A DNA stretch of 64,000 bases from an uncultured bacterium. GTDB taxonomy: Bacteria; Acidobacteriota; Aminicenantia; Aminicenantales; CALLJL01. The stretch is taken from positions 27,211 through 91,210 of the forward strand of contig CALLJL010000019.1 in the NCBI GenBank assembly GCA_938092135.1, read 5' to 3'. The position numbers and the translations under genes were made by a program. The notes beneath the pieces are model-generated. The model saw nothing but the letters and a program-made list of their open reading frames with translations, was not told the origin of the DNA and ran no database searches. This document shows positions 11,929 to 22,301 of this stretch, in pieces; the stretch's first letter is position 1; every line of letters starts with the position of its first letter.

Positions 11929-12357
11929 ATGGAAGGGATGGTGGCAACCGTTTTGGAATTTCTTCGAACTCATCAGACTTTATTAAAAATCCTCAGTCTG
12001 AGCTCTCTTTTGGCCTTTCTGGTTACACCTCTTATCGTTATTTTAATCATTATCAAATTACCAGCTGATTATTTTGCTCACCCTGAAGGCCGAAAAAGTC
12101 GCGTTTTGAGTCAATATCCTCTGGCCTATCCGCTTTTTTTGGTGGTTAAAAATTTGATAGGAATTGCTCTTTTATTAGTGGGCTTTATCATGATTTTTAC
12201 CCCTGGGCAGGGTTTTTTAACCATTCTAATTGGCTTGATGCTGATTAATTTCCCAGGAAAATACCGTCTGGAGCGCCTTGTGCTCAGCCGACCAGGGATC
12301 AGAGAAAAAATCAACAAACTTCGTGAGCGCTTCCATCAGCCACCTCTTAAGCTATAA
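11929..12357 (+). CDS. PGPGW-family transmembrane protein
   Basis: LPADYF, hydrophobic hairpin around FTPGQG, INFPGKYRLER. Confidence 0.75.
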   Translation: MEGMVATVLEFLRTHQTLLKILSLSSLLAFLVTPLIVILIIIKLPADYFAHPEGRKSRVLSQYPLAYPLFLVVKNLIGIALLLVGFIMIFTPGQGFLTILIGLMLINFPGKYRLERLVLSRPGIREKINKLRERFHQPPLKL

Positions 12358-12584
12358 ATTTAGCTTTTTAGTGATTTTCTAATACTTAGAGCTTTTATTA
12401 ACAAGAGATAAGGGGATAAATCATTTTTTATTTCCCAAACAAAGGACATCATAAAAAATTTAAACAAAAATAACCAAATTTGGAGAAATTTAAATCAAAT
12501 CCATTAAATTAGACAAACAGAAGAATCAATCTTTTTTCCAAATGATGGTCATCTAAATTTCTTGATTAAAATTAAATAAAATCT

Positions 12585-14237
12585 TTATCTACTAAAAAAT
12601 CGGGAAAGGGTTCGTAGCAGGCTTTTTAGGGGTAGGCCCGATTTAACCTCTTTCAAAGAGGAGGATAAAGAAATAAGGGCTTTGGCTCTTTGAAAATGGC
12701 TAACCCCATGGAGAAGTTGAATTGATCTTTTTAAAATAAGCCATTTATTTAGAGAATAGGGATACCACCAGATTCTTTCCTTCTGATTGGTTAAATCGGC
12801 GGAAATATATTTGATGTTCACAAGTTCAAGTAATCCATAGGGGCCATGGGTGCGACCAAATCCGGTTTGTTTGATTCCACCCCAGATTGCCCTGGGTTCG
12901 GTGGCTGTAAACATATGGTCGTTTATGGTTACTGTCCCGGCCTCAAGTCTTTCGGCAACAGCCTTGGCTTGACGGAAATTTTGTGTCCAAATCGAAGCAG
13001 TCAAGCCATAGGGACTATCATTAGCTAAAACAATGGCTTCCTCCAGGTCAGAAAAGGTCATCACCGGAAGAACAGGACCAAAAGTTTCCTCTTTCATTAC
13101 CTTCATCGAATGATCGACTTGGGTCAAAACCGTGGGCCAATAAAAATAGCCAGGAAGCCCTGTCCATCGCTGACCACCGAAAAGAACCGTAGCCCCTTTC
13201 TTTAAGGCTTCTCCAACATGCTCCTCAACCACCTTGAGCTGATTAGAATTTTCCAATGGTCCGATATCGACCTGGGGATCAAGGGGATTGCCAATTTTCA
13301 GCTTTTCAGTCAAGGTGACAACTCTAGTCAGGAACTTATTGGCTATCTTTGAATCAACATAAACTCTCTCAACAGAAGCACAGCTTTGACCAGAATTCAT
13401 GAATCCAGCCCAAACTGCTCCGCGTGAAGCAGCCTCAATGTCAGCATCCTCAAGAACAATCATCGGGTCTTTACCTCCAAGTTCAAGGACGAGAGAAGTC
13501 AAATTGCGGCTCGCTAGCTCCATCACGCGCTTGCCCACGGCCACACTGCCCGTAAAAATAATTGATTGGATATGGGGATTAAGAATTAATTCCTCAGCTT
13601 GAGCCACCCGGCAGGGAACAACGTTGAGGACACCTGGGGGTAAGCCAGCTTCAAGGAAAATTTCACCAATGGCCAGAGCGCAGAAAGGAGTGGAAGTTGA
13701 AGGTCGTAATACCACCGGATTACCAGCAACAAGGGAGCAAATGACATCGTTAGCTGAAAGCAAAAAGGGAAAATTCCAGGGGGAAATAATGAGAGTTGGT
13801 CCTAAGGGTTCAAAGACAAAAAGATTTTTCTTATGAGCAAAATAGGGGATATGCATAGTTCCTCTCTTTGGCTTGAGAACCTCAGGTTCATGGCGACTAT
13901 AATAATCCAAGGTTTCTAAGATAGCGAAAACTTCTACAGCCAAGGATTCTAAAAGGGGGGATCCCTTTTCCATGGTTATAAGCTTGGCTATTTCTTCAGC
14001 CCTGGCCAATAAAATTTTTTTAGCCTGTCTAAAAATTTTTCTTTTTTCTTGCGGAGGAAAATATCTCCACTCCTTTAAGACCTGTCGAGCTGATTCAACT
14101 GCCTGCCGCCCATCTTCGGATGTTGCCAGAGAGACCTGGCCTAAAGGTTCAAGGGTTGCAGGATTTTCTACTGTTATCCTGTCTTCCCTTTCAATCCTTT
14201 TGCCGGCAATAATCAGTCGACCATCAATGCTTTTCAT
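12585..14237 (-). CDS. NAD(P)-dependent aldehyde dehydrogenase
   Basis: ISPWNFP, FTGS..VG, LELGGKDP, NSGQSCAS, EETFGP, ANDSPYGL; ATG at 14237 follows GGAGAGG. Confidence 0.92.
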   Translation of the reverse strand: MKSIDGRLIIAGKRIEREDRITVENPATLEPLGQVSLATSEDGRQAVESARQVLKEWRYFPPQEKRKIFRQAKKILLARAEEIAKLITMEKGSPLLESLAVEVFAILETLDYYSRHEPEVLKPKRGTMHIPYFAHKKNLFVFEPLGPTLIISPWNFPFLLSANDVICSLVAGNPVVLRPSTSTPFCALAIGEIFLEAGLPPGVLNVVPCRVAQAEELILNPHIQSIIFTGSVAVGKRVMELASRNLTSLVLELGGKDPMIVLEDADIEAASRGAVWAGFMNSGQSCASVERVYVDSKIANKFLTRVVTLTEKLKIGNPLDPQVDIGPLENSNQLKVVEEHVGEALKKGATVLFGGQRWTGLPGYFYWPTVLTQVDHSMKVMKEETFGPVLPVMTFSDLEEAIVLANDSPYGLTASIWTQNFRQAKAVAERLEAGTVTINDHMFTATEPRAIWGGIKQTGFGRTHGPYGLLELVNIKYISADLTNQKERIWWYPYSLNKWLILKRSIQLLHGVSHFQRAKALISLSSSLKEVKSGLPLKSLLRTLSRFFSR

Positions 14238-14326
14238 GGACCTCTCCCCCAATTAATTTATCCTCAAAATTTTTACAAAGATATTAATTTTGCCCAAAAT
14301 AATTAATTTTCTGATTAAATTTTTTT

Positions 14327-15610
14327 TTATATTCGACCAGTAACAAATCTCTTGATCCAGGAAAGAAAAAGGAAAAAGTAGGCATCAACAATCAAATCCA
14401 AACGAAAAAGAGGATTCCTTATTCCAGTTTTCAAGAAAAGCCACAAAACGAGACCTTTATGAGTCGGCGGACAGCCATCAATACGACGCTTCACCCTGGC
14501 TCGAACCTTACCCTCAATTTTTGTGCATTGACCAAGGAGAAGAAGCCGATCAGCCTCAATATCTCCTTTATAATGGCCAATAACTACGGTCCAATCAGGC
14601 ATTTTTCCCCAGAGATCTGGTTTTCTATCCTTAATCATGTAAAGCCAATCAAGAAAAACACCCTGACAACCTCCATAGCAATAGGGCTCCCCGTTAATAA
14701 CTTTAATTCGGGGATGAGCCTTTTCGAGGCGAATAAAACCAGTGGATAGATGACAGGTTTTCCTTTGAAGTTCCTCAAGGGTAATATCACCGCCAAGCTC
14801 AATCTCTTCGAGATTTAATGATCCGTAGCCTCTTCGTGAGGCCGCCACGAGATGACCGATCTGCTTCGGATCAAGATGGAAAAGATGACTGCAGACAACA
14901 TCATGGGCCAAGGGATTGGAAGCCATGATAATTGCCCCCAGATGATAACCGGGCTGGGTTAATTGATTTCCCCCGCAGGCAATTTCAATAGCGTCAGTGG
15001 CTATAAAGTCAGGATAGCCTACTTCAAGAAGATCAACTATTTTTTCATCGAGGTTATAGTTATGATTCCACATCCTTTCCCGATCACAGAGAAGACCAAT
15101 GTTAAGCTTTAAAGAAGCGGTTAAACCCTGGGAAAGAACATTGGTTTTGAGTTTGGGAGCATAGATGAGACAATCTCTCTCAACTATTTCCCTGGCTGTT
15201 TTTATTTTTTTATGGACTTGGCCTTTTTCAAGCCAGACTGTTTTCTTTTTTGATTCTTCTATGGCTATTAGCTTCAAAAAAGGCTTTTTCTTTAATTGAT
15301 GATAGCCAGCCCGTCGAAACATACGAGTCGTAGGCAGACCAGTGCCGCATTTTTCGGCTATAAAAATTTTAGCCTCGGGGCCGGCCATCCTCTTGATCGC
15401 TTCGATCAACCCCTCAAGAAACTCGACCCTCGTAAAAGCCGATGGTGCCACAAGATAATGGGCCATAACCACATTGGGCTTAATGGTAATCCTACCTTTA
15501 ATTTTGGGACCTACCCCGATTTCTTGAATACCCTCCTCAATTATTGACGAGATGAGGAAAGGATCATATTTTTCGGCTCGTCTTAGAATTACCTTTGGTC
15601 TATTTATCAT
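14327..15610 (-). CDS. DUF362 domain protein
   Basis: IKPNVV, PKLKT, TASLKLNIG, PLAHDVV and C-terminal Cys motifs (CYGGC, GCPP). Confidence 0.75.
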   Translation of the reverse strand: MINRPKVILRRAEKYDPFLISSIIEEGIQEIGVGPKIKGRITIKPNVVMAHYLVAPSAFTRVEFLEGLIEAIKRMAGPEAKIFIAEKCGTGLPTTRMFRRAGYHQLKKKPFLKLIAIEESKKKTVWLEKGQVHKKIKTAREIVERDCLIYAPKLKTNVLSQGLTASLKLNIGLLCDRERMWNHNYNLDEKIVDLLEVGYPDFIATDAIEIACGGNQLTQPGYHLGAIIMASNPLAHDVVCSHLFHLDPKQIGHLVAASRRGYGSLNLEEIELGGDITLEELQRKTCHLSTGFIRLEKAHPRIKVINGEPYCYGGCQGVFLDWLYMIKDRKPDLWGKMPDWTVVIGHYKGDIEADRLLLLGQCTKIEGKVRARVKRRIDGCPPTHKGLVLWLFLKTGIRNPLFRLDLIVDAYFFLFLSWIKRFVTGRI

Positions 15611-15784
15611 TTTTTCTGTTTTATATCACAATAATTTTATTTCAGTCAAAAGAATGGGCTGGCCTAATCGCCTTTTTGAATTTTATGGATTCATTAATTT
15701 CCCGAGAGATGTCCTTGAATGAATCTAGAATCTTAATTAATTTATTTTTATAATTTTAAACTCAGATTAAGGTTTTTTGAAAAC

Positions 15785-15814
15785 TTGACGGTCTTTAAAA
15801 TGAAAATTATCATA
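15785..15814 (+). promoter_or_regulatory. Sigma70-type promoter overlapped by a Fur-box-like sequence
   Basis: TTGACG-17nt-TATCAT; 15796-15814 TAAAATGAAAATTATCATA matches 13/19 of GATAATGATAATCATTATC. Confidence 0.45.
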
Positions 15815-15867
15815 AAGATTTTCTTAGAATATTTTAGAACACACTGACTTCGTAATTTTTCGAGACC

Positions 15868-17871
15868 ATGAAGGAATTAAGTTATAAATTTTACAAGTTT
15901 TGGCCTTTTAAAGAGTTTAGAATGATTGAAAAAAATAAAATTAAAATATTTGCCCTTTTCATGGTCCTATTTTTCCCCTGCTTCCTGCTTGGAAGTAATT
16001 TAAATAGATCCAGCGAGCAAACTGAAGTTGAGGCAAAGAAAACAAAGGAGAAAGATCAGAAAAAAGAAATAAAGGCAATTTTAAATGAGGAAATTGTCGT
16101 TATTGGCCAAAAGCCTAAGGAAGCCCCACTCTCTTCCGTCACCCGAATTGAATCTTCCCAAATTCAGCTCAGGCGAACTTTTGATCTGGCCGAAATTATA
16201 AGGGAGGCTCCCGGAGTATCTGTTTCCTTGAACGGAAAAAACGAATTTTCCCTGCGCCTAAGAGGATTGGACTCCCAGCGTCTTACCTTGCTTATCGATG
16301 GTGTCCCCATTTATGAACCTTTTTTTGCCCAATTTGATTTAAAAAGCCTGCCAGCAGTTGGCCTTGAGGCTATTCAGATAACGACTGGGGCAGCTTCGGC
16401 TCTTTATGGTCCCAACGTTTTGGGTGGAGTTGTCAATTTAATAACCCGCAGACCTACCGATCAACTCTACTTTCGTCTGCACGCTTCGGTAGCCGAACTG
16501 AAAACCTCGGCTTTCAATCTAGAAGCAGCCAAACTCATCGGAAGAATTGGGTCAGCCACTTCGGTCAGTTATCAATGTTCCGATGGTTTTTATTACCCTG
16601 AAAACCACAGAAGAACTAAACGAACCTGGAGTGATTATGGGCGCCTCAACTTTAATTTCAAATTGATGGCCTATTTAAACTCAACGAACGAATTTTTTAC
16701 GTCGGTGGGAATTTATCGATCTTCCTTTGGCCTACCCCCAGCACTTTTTTTAGTTCGACCCCGATACTGGCGCTTTCGAAATTGGGACCGCGATTTTTTG
16801 TCCTTGGGTGGCCTTCATTCTTTTGGGCAAAAATTTAATCTATTATGGCGAAGCTTTCTCGTAAAATACAACAATTCCCTTGAACAATACCAAAGTCTCT
16901 CTTCAACTTCACCTCAGGTTGTCAGCCAATATAAAAATGATCTTTATGGTCTTTTTCTCCTCGGCGATTATTTCTCCAAAGAGAAATATAGATTGAGAGG
17001 GAGTTTGTCCTGGCGACAGGAAACAGCCCGAATTCAGGATAATATCAATCTTCCTTTCCGGCCTTTCCGCCATAAAGTCGGCTCCCTTGGTTTCGAAAAC
17101 GAACTTAGCCTTTCTCCTTTGTGGAAACTTGTCTCAGGTTTGAGCCTGGACGAGCTCCAAAAAACTCAAGGCTCTGTTCTTCTTCGTCTAAATCCTCTTG
17201 GGGGAATCATTTTTGCTCCGGACGACTATCTCAGCCTGCGCTTCTCCTTTTCTCTTAAATCTCGCTTTCCCACAATGCACTCTCTCTATGCCAGCCAGAT
17301 CGGCAACCCAGACCTGATAAGCGAAACAGGCCGGGCCATTGAAGCTGGCTTAATCTGGGATCGCTGGATATCTTTTAGGCTCACAGCCTTTACTAATCAC
17401 TTTCGTCACCTGATTGAATCTGTCCGCCTGGCTGATGGCACCCGTCGTTTTCGTAATGTCAGTCAGGCCAAAATTAATGGCCTTGAATTGGAAATTAGAA
17501 AAGAACAAAAATGGTTCATCTTCGCTCTTTCTGGCCAGTTTTTAGATCATCAAAATGAAACTGAATCGAGACCTCTTGATACTCTGCCTTCAAGGCAAAT
17601 TAATTTCCGGTTGAGTCTGAGACCCTGGCCATCTTTTGAGCTTTCTCTCTTCACTTTTGCAGCCTCCCGTTCATTCTGGTATGACCTTTCTTCTCGCCAC
17701 CTCTTGACTATTCCAGCTTATGAAAATATCGATCTTACTCTGGCTTATAGGCAAAGTTTTTTTGAGGCCTTTGTCAGAATAATAAATTTAATGAATAAGT
17801 TTTTCTATACAGAACCAGGCTTTCCTTGGCGAAGCCGGACTTTGGAAGCAGGTTTAATTTTAAATTTTTAA
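15868..17871 (+). CDS. TonB-dependent outer-membrane receptor
   Basis: Signal peptide, EEIVV TonB-box-like segment, plug motifs LRLRG..LLIDGVP and GAASALYG..GGVVNL, amphipathic strands, C-terminal Phe. Confidence 0.88.
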   Translation: MKELSYKFYKFWPFKEFRMIEKNKIKIFALFMVLFFPCFLLGSNLNRSSEQTEVEAKKTKEKDQKKEIKAILNEEIVVIGQKPKEAPLSSVTRIESSQIQLRRTFDLAEIIREAPGVSVSLNGKNEFSLRLRGLDSQRLTLLIDGVPIYEPFFAQFDLKSLPAVGLEAIQITTGAASALYGPNVLGGVVNLITRRPTDQLYFRLHASVAELKTSAFNLEAAKLIGRIGSATSVSYQCSDGFYYPENHRRTKRTWSDYGRLNFNFKLMAYLNSTNEFFTSVGIYRSSFGLPPALFLVRPRYWRFRNWDRDFLSLGGLHSFGQKFNLLWRSFLVKYNNSLEQYQSLSSTSPQVVSQYKNDLYGLFLLGDYFSKEKYRLRGSLSWRQETARIQDNINLPFRPFRHKVGSLGFENELSLSPLWKLVSGLSLDELQKTQGSVLLRLNPLGGIIFAPDDYLSLRFSFSLKSRFPTMHSLYASQIGNPDLISETGRAIEAGLIWDRWISFRLTAFTNHFRHLIESVRLADGTRRFRNVSQAKINGLELEIRKEQKWFIFALSGQFLDHQNETESRPLDTLPSRQINFRLSLRPWPSFELSLFTFAASRSFWYDLSSRHLLTIPAYENIDLTLAYRQSFFEAFVRIINLMNKFFYTEPGFPWRSRTLEAGLILNF

Positions 17872-18413
17872 AGGCCTAGGTCGGCCGCTATGCCCTGCAT
17901 AGCCTTAAGGCAGAGAAAAATGAATTCATCCAATTCAAGGCCACAATTTCGACACATTTCAATTTCCTCTCGCCGGGCGCCGCGAGCAAAACTTTTCTCT
18001 TTATAACGACGTTTAATGAAATCAAGATCCACATTTGCCAGTTTTTTCGTCGGATGCATTAAAGTCGCCGCCACAATCAGCCCTGTCAAGGGATCAATAG
18101 AAAAAATAGCCCAATCCATAGCGCTTTCACAGGGTACCCGACCAGCATGAGCCTGAATCGCATGAAGCTGAGCCTCGCTCAATCCTTTATCCTTAAGGAT
18201 TCTGACAGTCTCGGTGGTGTGCCTATCGGGATCTTTCTGAGTTAATTCATAATCAAGGTCATGTAAAAGACCGGCTAGGCCCCATTCCTCTTCATCCTGG
18301 CCTAACCTCCGGGCAACTTCCCGCATACAGGCCTCAACTGCCAGACAATGGCGGATAAGATTGCGATTAGAAAGATAACTTTGGATAAGTTCAAGGGCCT
18401 CTTCCCTCTTCAT
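17868..18413 (-). CDS. HDIG/HD-domain hydrolase
   Basis: RHCLAVE, GLLHDLDYE, IQAH, D.LTGLI, KEKSFARG. Confidence 0.85.
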   Translation of the reverse strand: MKREEALELIQSYLSNRNLIRHCLAVEACMREVARRLGQDEEEWGLAGLLHDLDYELTQKDPDRHTTETVRILKDKGLSEAQLHAIQAHAGRVPCESAMDWAIFSIDPLTGLIVAATLMHPTKKLANVDLDFIKRRYKEKSFARGARREEIEMCRNCGLELDEFIFLCLKAMQGIAADLGL

Positions 18414-18443
18414 TCTTGACTCCTTAAATTTATTTGCCTAAGT

Positions 18444-19817
18444 TCATGGTTTATCTTTAATTATTTGAAAACTTATTGTGCGTTCCCGAATTTTCTTTTT
18501 ATCCTTTACCCTTACACCTATAACATAATCACCAGGAGAAAGGGGAAGCCAGGTCCAGGTTGGTCGGGCTGACTCTTTCTGGACGATCTTTCGGCGATCT
18601 CCACTCTGAAGAAAGAATTCATAACTGGGCTTTTCAAAGCCTATAGCTTCAGCGGAGAAAATGATTTCTGTTCCCATTTTCTGGGGCGAGGGCATAGATG
18701 AAGAAAGAATTACCCTTATATCTGGCTCAAGGAAGAGAAGGAAGCCCTGGTCAGATTGGGGCTCATATATAGGAAGAATCAACCTATTGGAATCCACAAG
18801 AGGGGAAAAGCAAATTTCACCTTCGGGTTTGAATTCACCCTTTATTTGGCCATTAGTAAGATCAAAGGCTAGAATGGGGGGATTAATGGTGGCCACAATA
18901 AGATAAGGGCCAGCTGAAACAAGGCGATAGGTTTGGCGAGAGGGAATGGATCGCCACCATTGTATCTCTCCGCTTTTCTGATTAAGGCAATAAATGACAG
19001 CGTTAGAGGTAGCAACATAAAGATTTTTCCCAACGGTTAAAGGAAAATTGACAAGCCAGCCGCCGAGTTTTATTGACCAGGCCTTTTTTTTCTTTTTGAG
19101 ATGCCAACAAATCATCGCCTTATCTTGACTTCCCAAAAAAAGATAATCGCCAGAAACTAAACCATAAGGCAAAATTTTTTCTTTAAGTAAGCCTAGCTCC
19201 AGAAGCTGACCATCAGGTGAGATCAGATAGATTCGACCGCCCTGACTGACAGCCATCGCCCCCTTTTCAGAAGGAATTAAAGCTTCAATCTTCTGCCCAA
19301 TCATTGTTGACCAGATTGTTTCAGCTGTTTGGGGATTAAGGGCAACTAGAAAGCCATCTTCTTGAGAAATAATCACCCTTTCTTTGAAATTAAGAATAGG
19401 ACTGTGGCTAAGCTCAAAGGCTTTCCGCCATAAAAATTTACCCTCCTTAGAAAAGGCCAAAACATTATTCCCTTCATCCTGAATTAAGAGGATATCTCCA
19501 ACTATCAAAGGGTGGCCAATGGGTGGTGAAAAAAGGTCAAAATGCCAGGTGACTTTTCTCTCTTTCAAATTATAGCCAGTAACTTTACCGGATTCATTTA
19601 TCCAAATAAGTTGGTGCTCAGCCCCCTTGATCAGATTGACGATTCTTCCTTCAACGGGCAGGCGGTCGGCAATCCCCAAAGGAAAGCTGAGTTCAAAAAC
19701 CTCTTCTTCTGAGAGCTGAGTTTTAAAATGCAATGATTTCTCTCTGATCTCAGCGGGCTCGCCAAGAATAAGAATTAAACTAAATATTAAAATTAATTGA
19801 TTCATTTGTTTTATCAT
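18444..19817 (-). CDS. PQQ-like beta-propeller protein (BamB-like repeats) with C-terminal Ig-like domain
   Basis: Repeated A/CLN..G...W blades, signal-like N terminus, C-terminal WTW.P..PGDY.I.VRV. Confidence 0.7.
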   Translation of the reverse strand: MIKQMNQLILIFSLILILGEPAEIREKSLHFKTQLSEEEVFELSFPLGIADRLPVEGRIVNLIKGAEHQLIWINESGKVTGYNLKERKVTWHFDLFSPPIGHPLIVGDILLIQDEGNNVLAFSKEGKFLWRKAFELSHSPILNFKERVIISQEDGFLVALNPQTAETIWSTMIGQKIEALIPSEKGAMAVSQGGRIYLISPDGQLLELGLLKEKILPYGLVSGDYLFLGSQDKAMICWHLKKKKKAWSIKLGGWLVNFPLTVGKNLYVATSNAVIYCLNQKSGEIQWWRSIPSRQTYRLVSAGPYLIVATINPPILAFDLTNGQIKGEFKPEGEICFSPLVDSNRLILPIYEPQSDQGFLLFLEPDIRVILSSSMPSPQKMGTEIIFSAEAIGFEKPSYEFFLQSGDRRKIVQKESARPTWTWLPLSPGDYVIGVRVKDKKKIRERTISFQIIKDKP

Positions 19818-19920
19818 AACATTAATTGACCAAGGCGCCTATAGATCTTTTCATCTCCCCACATCAGATTTTAGAGCCAGGGCCAAATTTCTTATTCAAA
19901 GCTCGTTTCCTCCTTAGCCA

Positions 19921-19960
19921 AAAAGAGGCCAATTAATTTTTTCATAAGATTGGCCTTTTT
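19921..19960. terminator. Possible terminator-like hairpin
   Basis: AGGCCAAT (19926-19933) pairs with ATTGGCCT (19949-19956), flanked by A-run and T-run; the 15-nt loop is long. Confidence 0.3.
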
Positions 19961-20186
19961 CTTTTTCCTTTACAGAAAAAGATGAAGCTGATATCATGAT
20001 TAAAAAATGATTAATTACATTCTTTTATACAAAATCAGAAAAAGGGTCAAAAAAATAATTCAGGAAAAAATTGAAGACGGAGAATTGGCCACAACACAGA
20101 AATCATGCCTTGGCTGTCTGGCTGATGACATCAGCTGGGAAATCTATTATCTTTTAAAAGAAAAAGAAAAAGAGGAAAAATAGCTG

Positions 20187-21548
20187 TTATCCTTTTTCAT
20201 TTTCCTCATTTTTCTCGGCTTCGGTTGATTGAGTTTCCTTCATCATTTTTTCTTTAATTTTTGTCCACCATTCAAGGCGTCTCTTAATCTCTTTTTCCAT
20301 ACCCATCTCTCCAGGCTGATAATATTTTCGGCCCTTGAGACTAGGGGGCATGGTTTCCATAATTGTTGTTTTTTCCTGATAATCGTGGGCATATTGATAA
20401 CCGTGGCCATACCCTAAAGATTTCATGAGGGAAGTCACCGGATTCCGCAGATGAAAAGGGACAGGCTCATAGGGACCTTTTTGGGCATCCTCCATGGCAG
20501 CTTCAAAGGCCAAATAGACCCGATTACTTTTGGGAGCTGAAGCTAAATAAATCACGGCTTCGGCCAGAGCAAGCTCGCCTTCTGGAGTGCCTAGGAAATC
20601 ATAAACTTCCTTGGCCGCCAAGGCGATATTAAGGGCCATGGGATCAGCCAAACCGATATCTTCAGCCGCGAATCTGACCAAACGTCGAGCAATAACCAGG
20701 GGATCTTCCCCAGCGGCTAACATTCTGGCCAGCCAATAAAGAGAGGCATCAACATCGCTGTTCCGGAGACTTTTATGGAGGGCAGAAAGAAGATTGTAAT
20801 GTTCTTCGCCATTTTTATCATAAAGAAGAGTCTTTTTCTGTAGAGCCTCCTCAACTTCTTCAAGTCCAATTTGAGAACCCTGGGCTAGACTGGCCGCCAG
20901 TTCTAAGGTATTAAGAACCCGGCGGGCATCTCCATCTGATTGATCGATTATTAAGCGCCTGGCCTCAGGAGTTAAGGTCAATTTCATTCGACCAAGTCCA
21001 TTTTCTTCATCTTGAAGGGCATCATCGATTACCCGATTAAGGGCAGCTTCATCCAGAGGTTTAAGAACAAGAACCTTGGTTCTTGAAAGGAGGGGAGCAA
21101 TAATTTCAAAAGAAGGATTCTCTGTAGTTGAGCCAAAAAGAATAATATCTCCTCTTTCAACGTAAGGGAGAAAAGCCCCTTGCTGGGCTTTATTAAATCG
21201 GTGAATTTCATCGATAAAAAGAATACTTGGCTGACCATACAATTTCCTATGATTTTCAGCCTGGGCCATGACCTCTTTAACTTCTTTAATACCAGCCAAG
21301 ACTGCGCTGAAAAAAAGACAGGGAAGATTAAAATGACGAGCCAGAAGATAGCCCAGGGTAGTCTTCCCTGAGCCTGGCGGTCCCCAGAAAATTAAAGAAA
21401 CAAGGCGACCAGATTCAAGCAGCTCGGTGATAATCCTCCCCTTACCCAAAAGATGTTCCTGGCCATAGAAACGGTCGAAAGAGCGTGGTCGCATCCTTTC
21501 GGCCAGAGGAGTGTGATTCCGAGCTTCTTTTCTATTTCCCGCCATCAT
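20187..21548 (-). CDS. rarA: Replication-associated recombination protein A
   Basis: [66 protein letters not shown]. Confidence 0.95.
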   Translation of the reverse strand: MMAGNRKEARNHTPLAERMRPRSFDRFYGQEHLLGKGRIITELLESGRLVSLIFWGPPGSGKTTLGYLLARHFNLPCLFFSAVLAGIKEVKEVMAQAENHRKLYGQPSILFIDEIHRFNKAQQGAFLPYVERGDIILFGSTTENPSFEIIAPLLSRTKVLVLKPLDEAALNRVIDDALQDEENGLGRMKLTLTPEARRLIIDQSDGDARRVLNTLELAASLAQGSQIGLEEVEEALQKKTLLYDKNGEEHYNLLSALHKSLRNSDVDASLYWLARMLAAGEDPLVIARRLVRFAAEDIGLADPMALNIALAAKEVYDFLGTPEGELALAEAVIYLASAPKSNRVYLAFEAAMEDAQKGPYEPVPFHLRNPVTSLMKSLGYGHGYQYAHDYQEKTTIMETMPPSLKGRKYYQPGEMGMEKEIKRRLEWWTKIKEKMMKETQSTEAEKNEENEKG

Positions 21549-21741
21549 TTTTATTATATTCTTTTTCCGCTTAAAGGGTCTAATTGCCTTGAACTTAAGT
21601 CAACAAAAAATTTATTAAGAGGCCTCCTTTAATTAAACTACTAATACTTCTTTAGCTTTCAGATCAAGATTTTTTCACCAGTCTTGCCTTGACGTCAGAC
21701 CAGAGGAAATGATAATTTAAGCCTGAAATTTAGAAAAAAAG

Positions 21742-22107
21742 ATGATAGCCACCAGGCGAAGGGAAAAGATGGTTTATAAAATTGAAGAAGTTTGTCGCCT
21801 GGTTCAACTGCCCCCGGAAACAATCAATCGCTGGGCCGAGGAATTTCCTTTTCTTCATGTCGGTTTAACCTCGAAGGGCCATAAAGTTTTGCGGCGGCAG
21901 GATGTGGAAATTATTAAAAGATTAAAAGAACTTCTGCTTAAAGAAAGGCTTACCCTAGCCGGGGCCAAAAGGAAAATCGAAGAGGAATTTGGTCTTAAGA
22001 GTCAAAGAGAGGTTCATCCCGATAAATTGAGAAAAATCCTCATTGAAGTTAAAGATAGGCTTGAAGAAATAAAAGAAAGCCTTGAAAAAATTCCCAGGAA
22101 AAGATAA
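21742..22107 (+). CDS. MerR-family HTH regulator
   Basis: YKIEEVCRL..ETINRWAEEFP..IKRLKELL..LTLAGAK; sits before tRNA-Pro and surE. The start may be at the second Met. Confidence 0.8.
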   Translation: MIATRRREKMVYKIEEVCRLVQLPPETINRWAEEFPFLHVGLTSKGHKVLRRQDVEIIKRLKELLLKERLTLAGAKRKIEEEFGLKSQREVHPDKLRKILIEVKDRLEEIKESLEKIPRKR

Positions 22108-22120
22108 ATTTATAAAAAGA

Positions 22121-22194
22121 CGGGACGTGGCGCAGCCTGGTAGCGCACATGCTTGGGGTGCATGGGGTCGGCGGTTCAAATCCGCCCGTCCCGA
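22121..22194 (+). tRNA. tRNA-Pro(GGG)
   Basis: Acceptor CGGGACG/CGTCCCG-A, D arm GCGC..GCGC, anticodon arm CATGC-TTGGGGT-GCATG, T loop TTCAAAT; no encoded CCA. Confidence 0.96.
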
Positions 22195-22301
22195 CATTTT
22201 TTTATGAGAAAAAATTAGATTTTTTTAATAAAGGATAATTAACGATTTAATTAGCCCGCGATTAGAACAAAATAAACGCCGTTATCTAATACAAAAGAAG
22301 T

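Noticed and set aside
15611..15867. Cobalamin or TPP riboswitch before the TonB receptor
   Set aside because: No conserved cores seen; only an 8-bp GATTCATT/AATGAATC inverted repeat.
21955..22197. 80-aa minus-strand ORF starting MSGRADLNRRPHAPQACALP
   Set aside because: Typical antisense translation of a tRNA gene.
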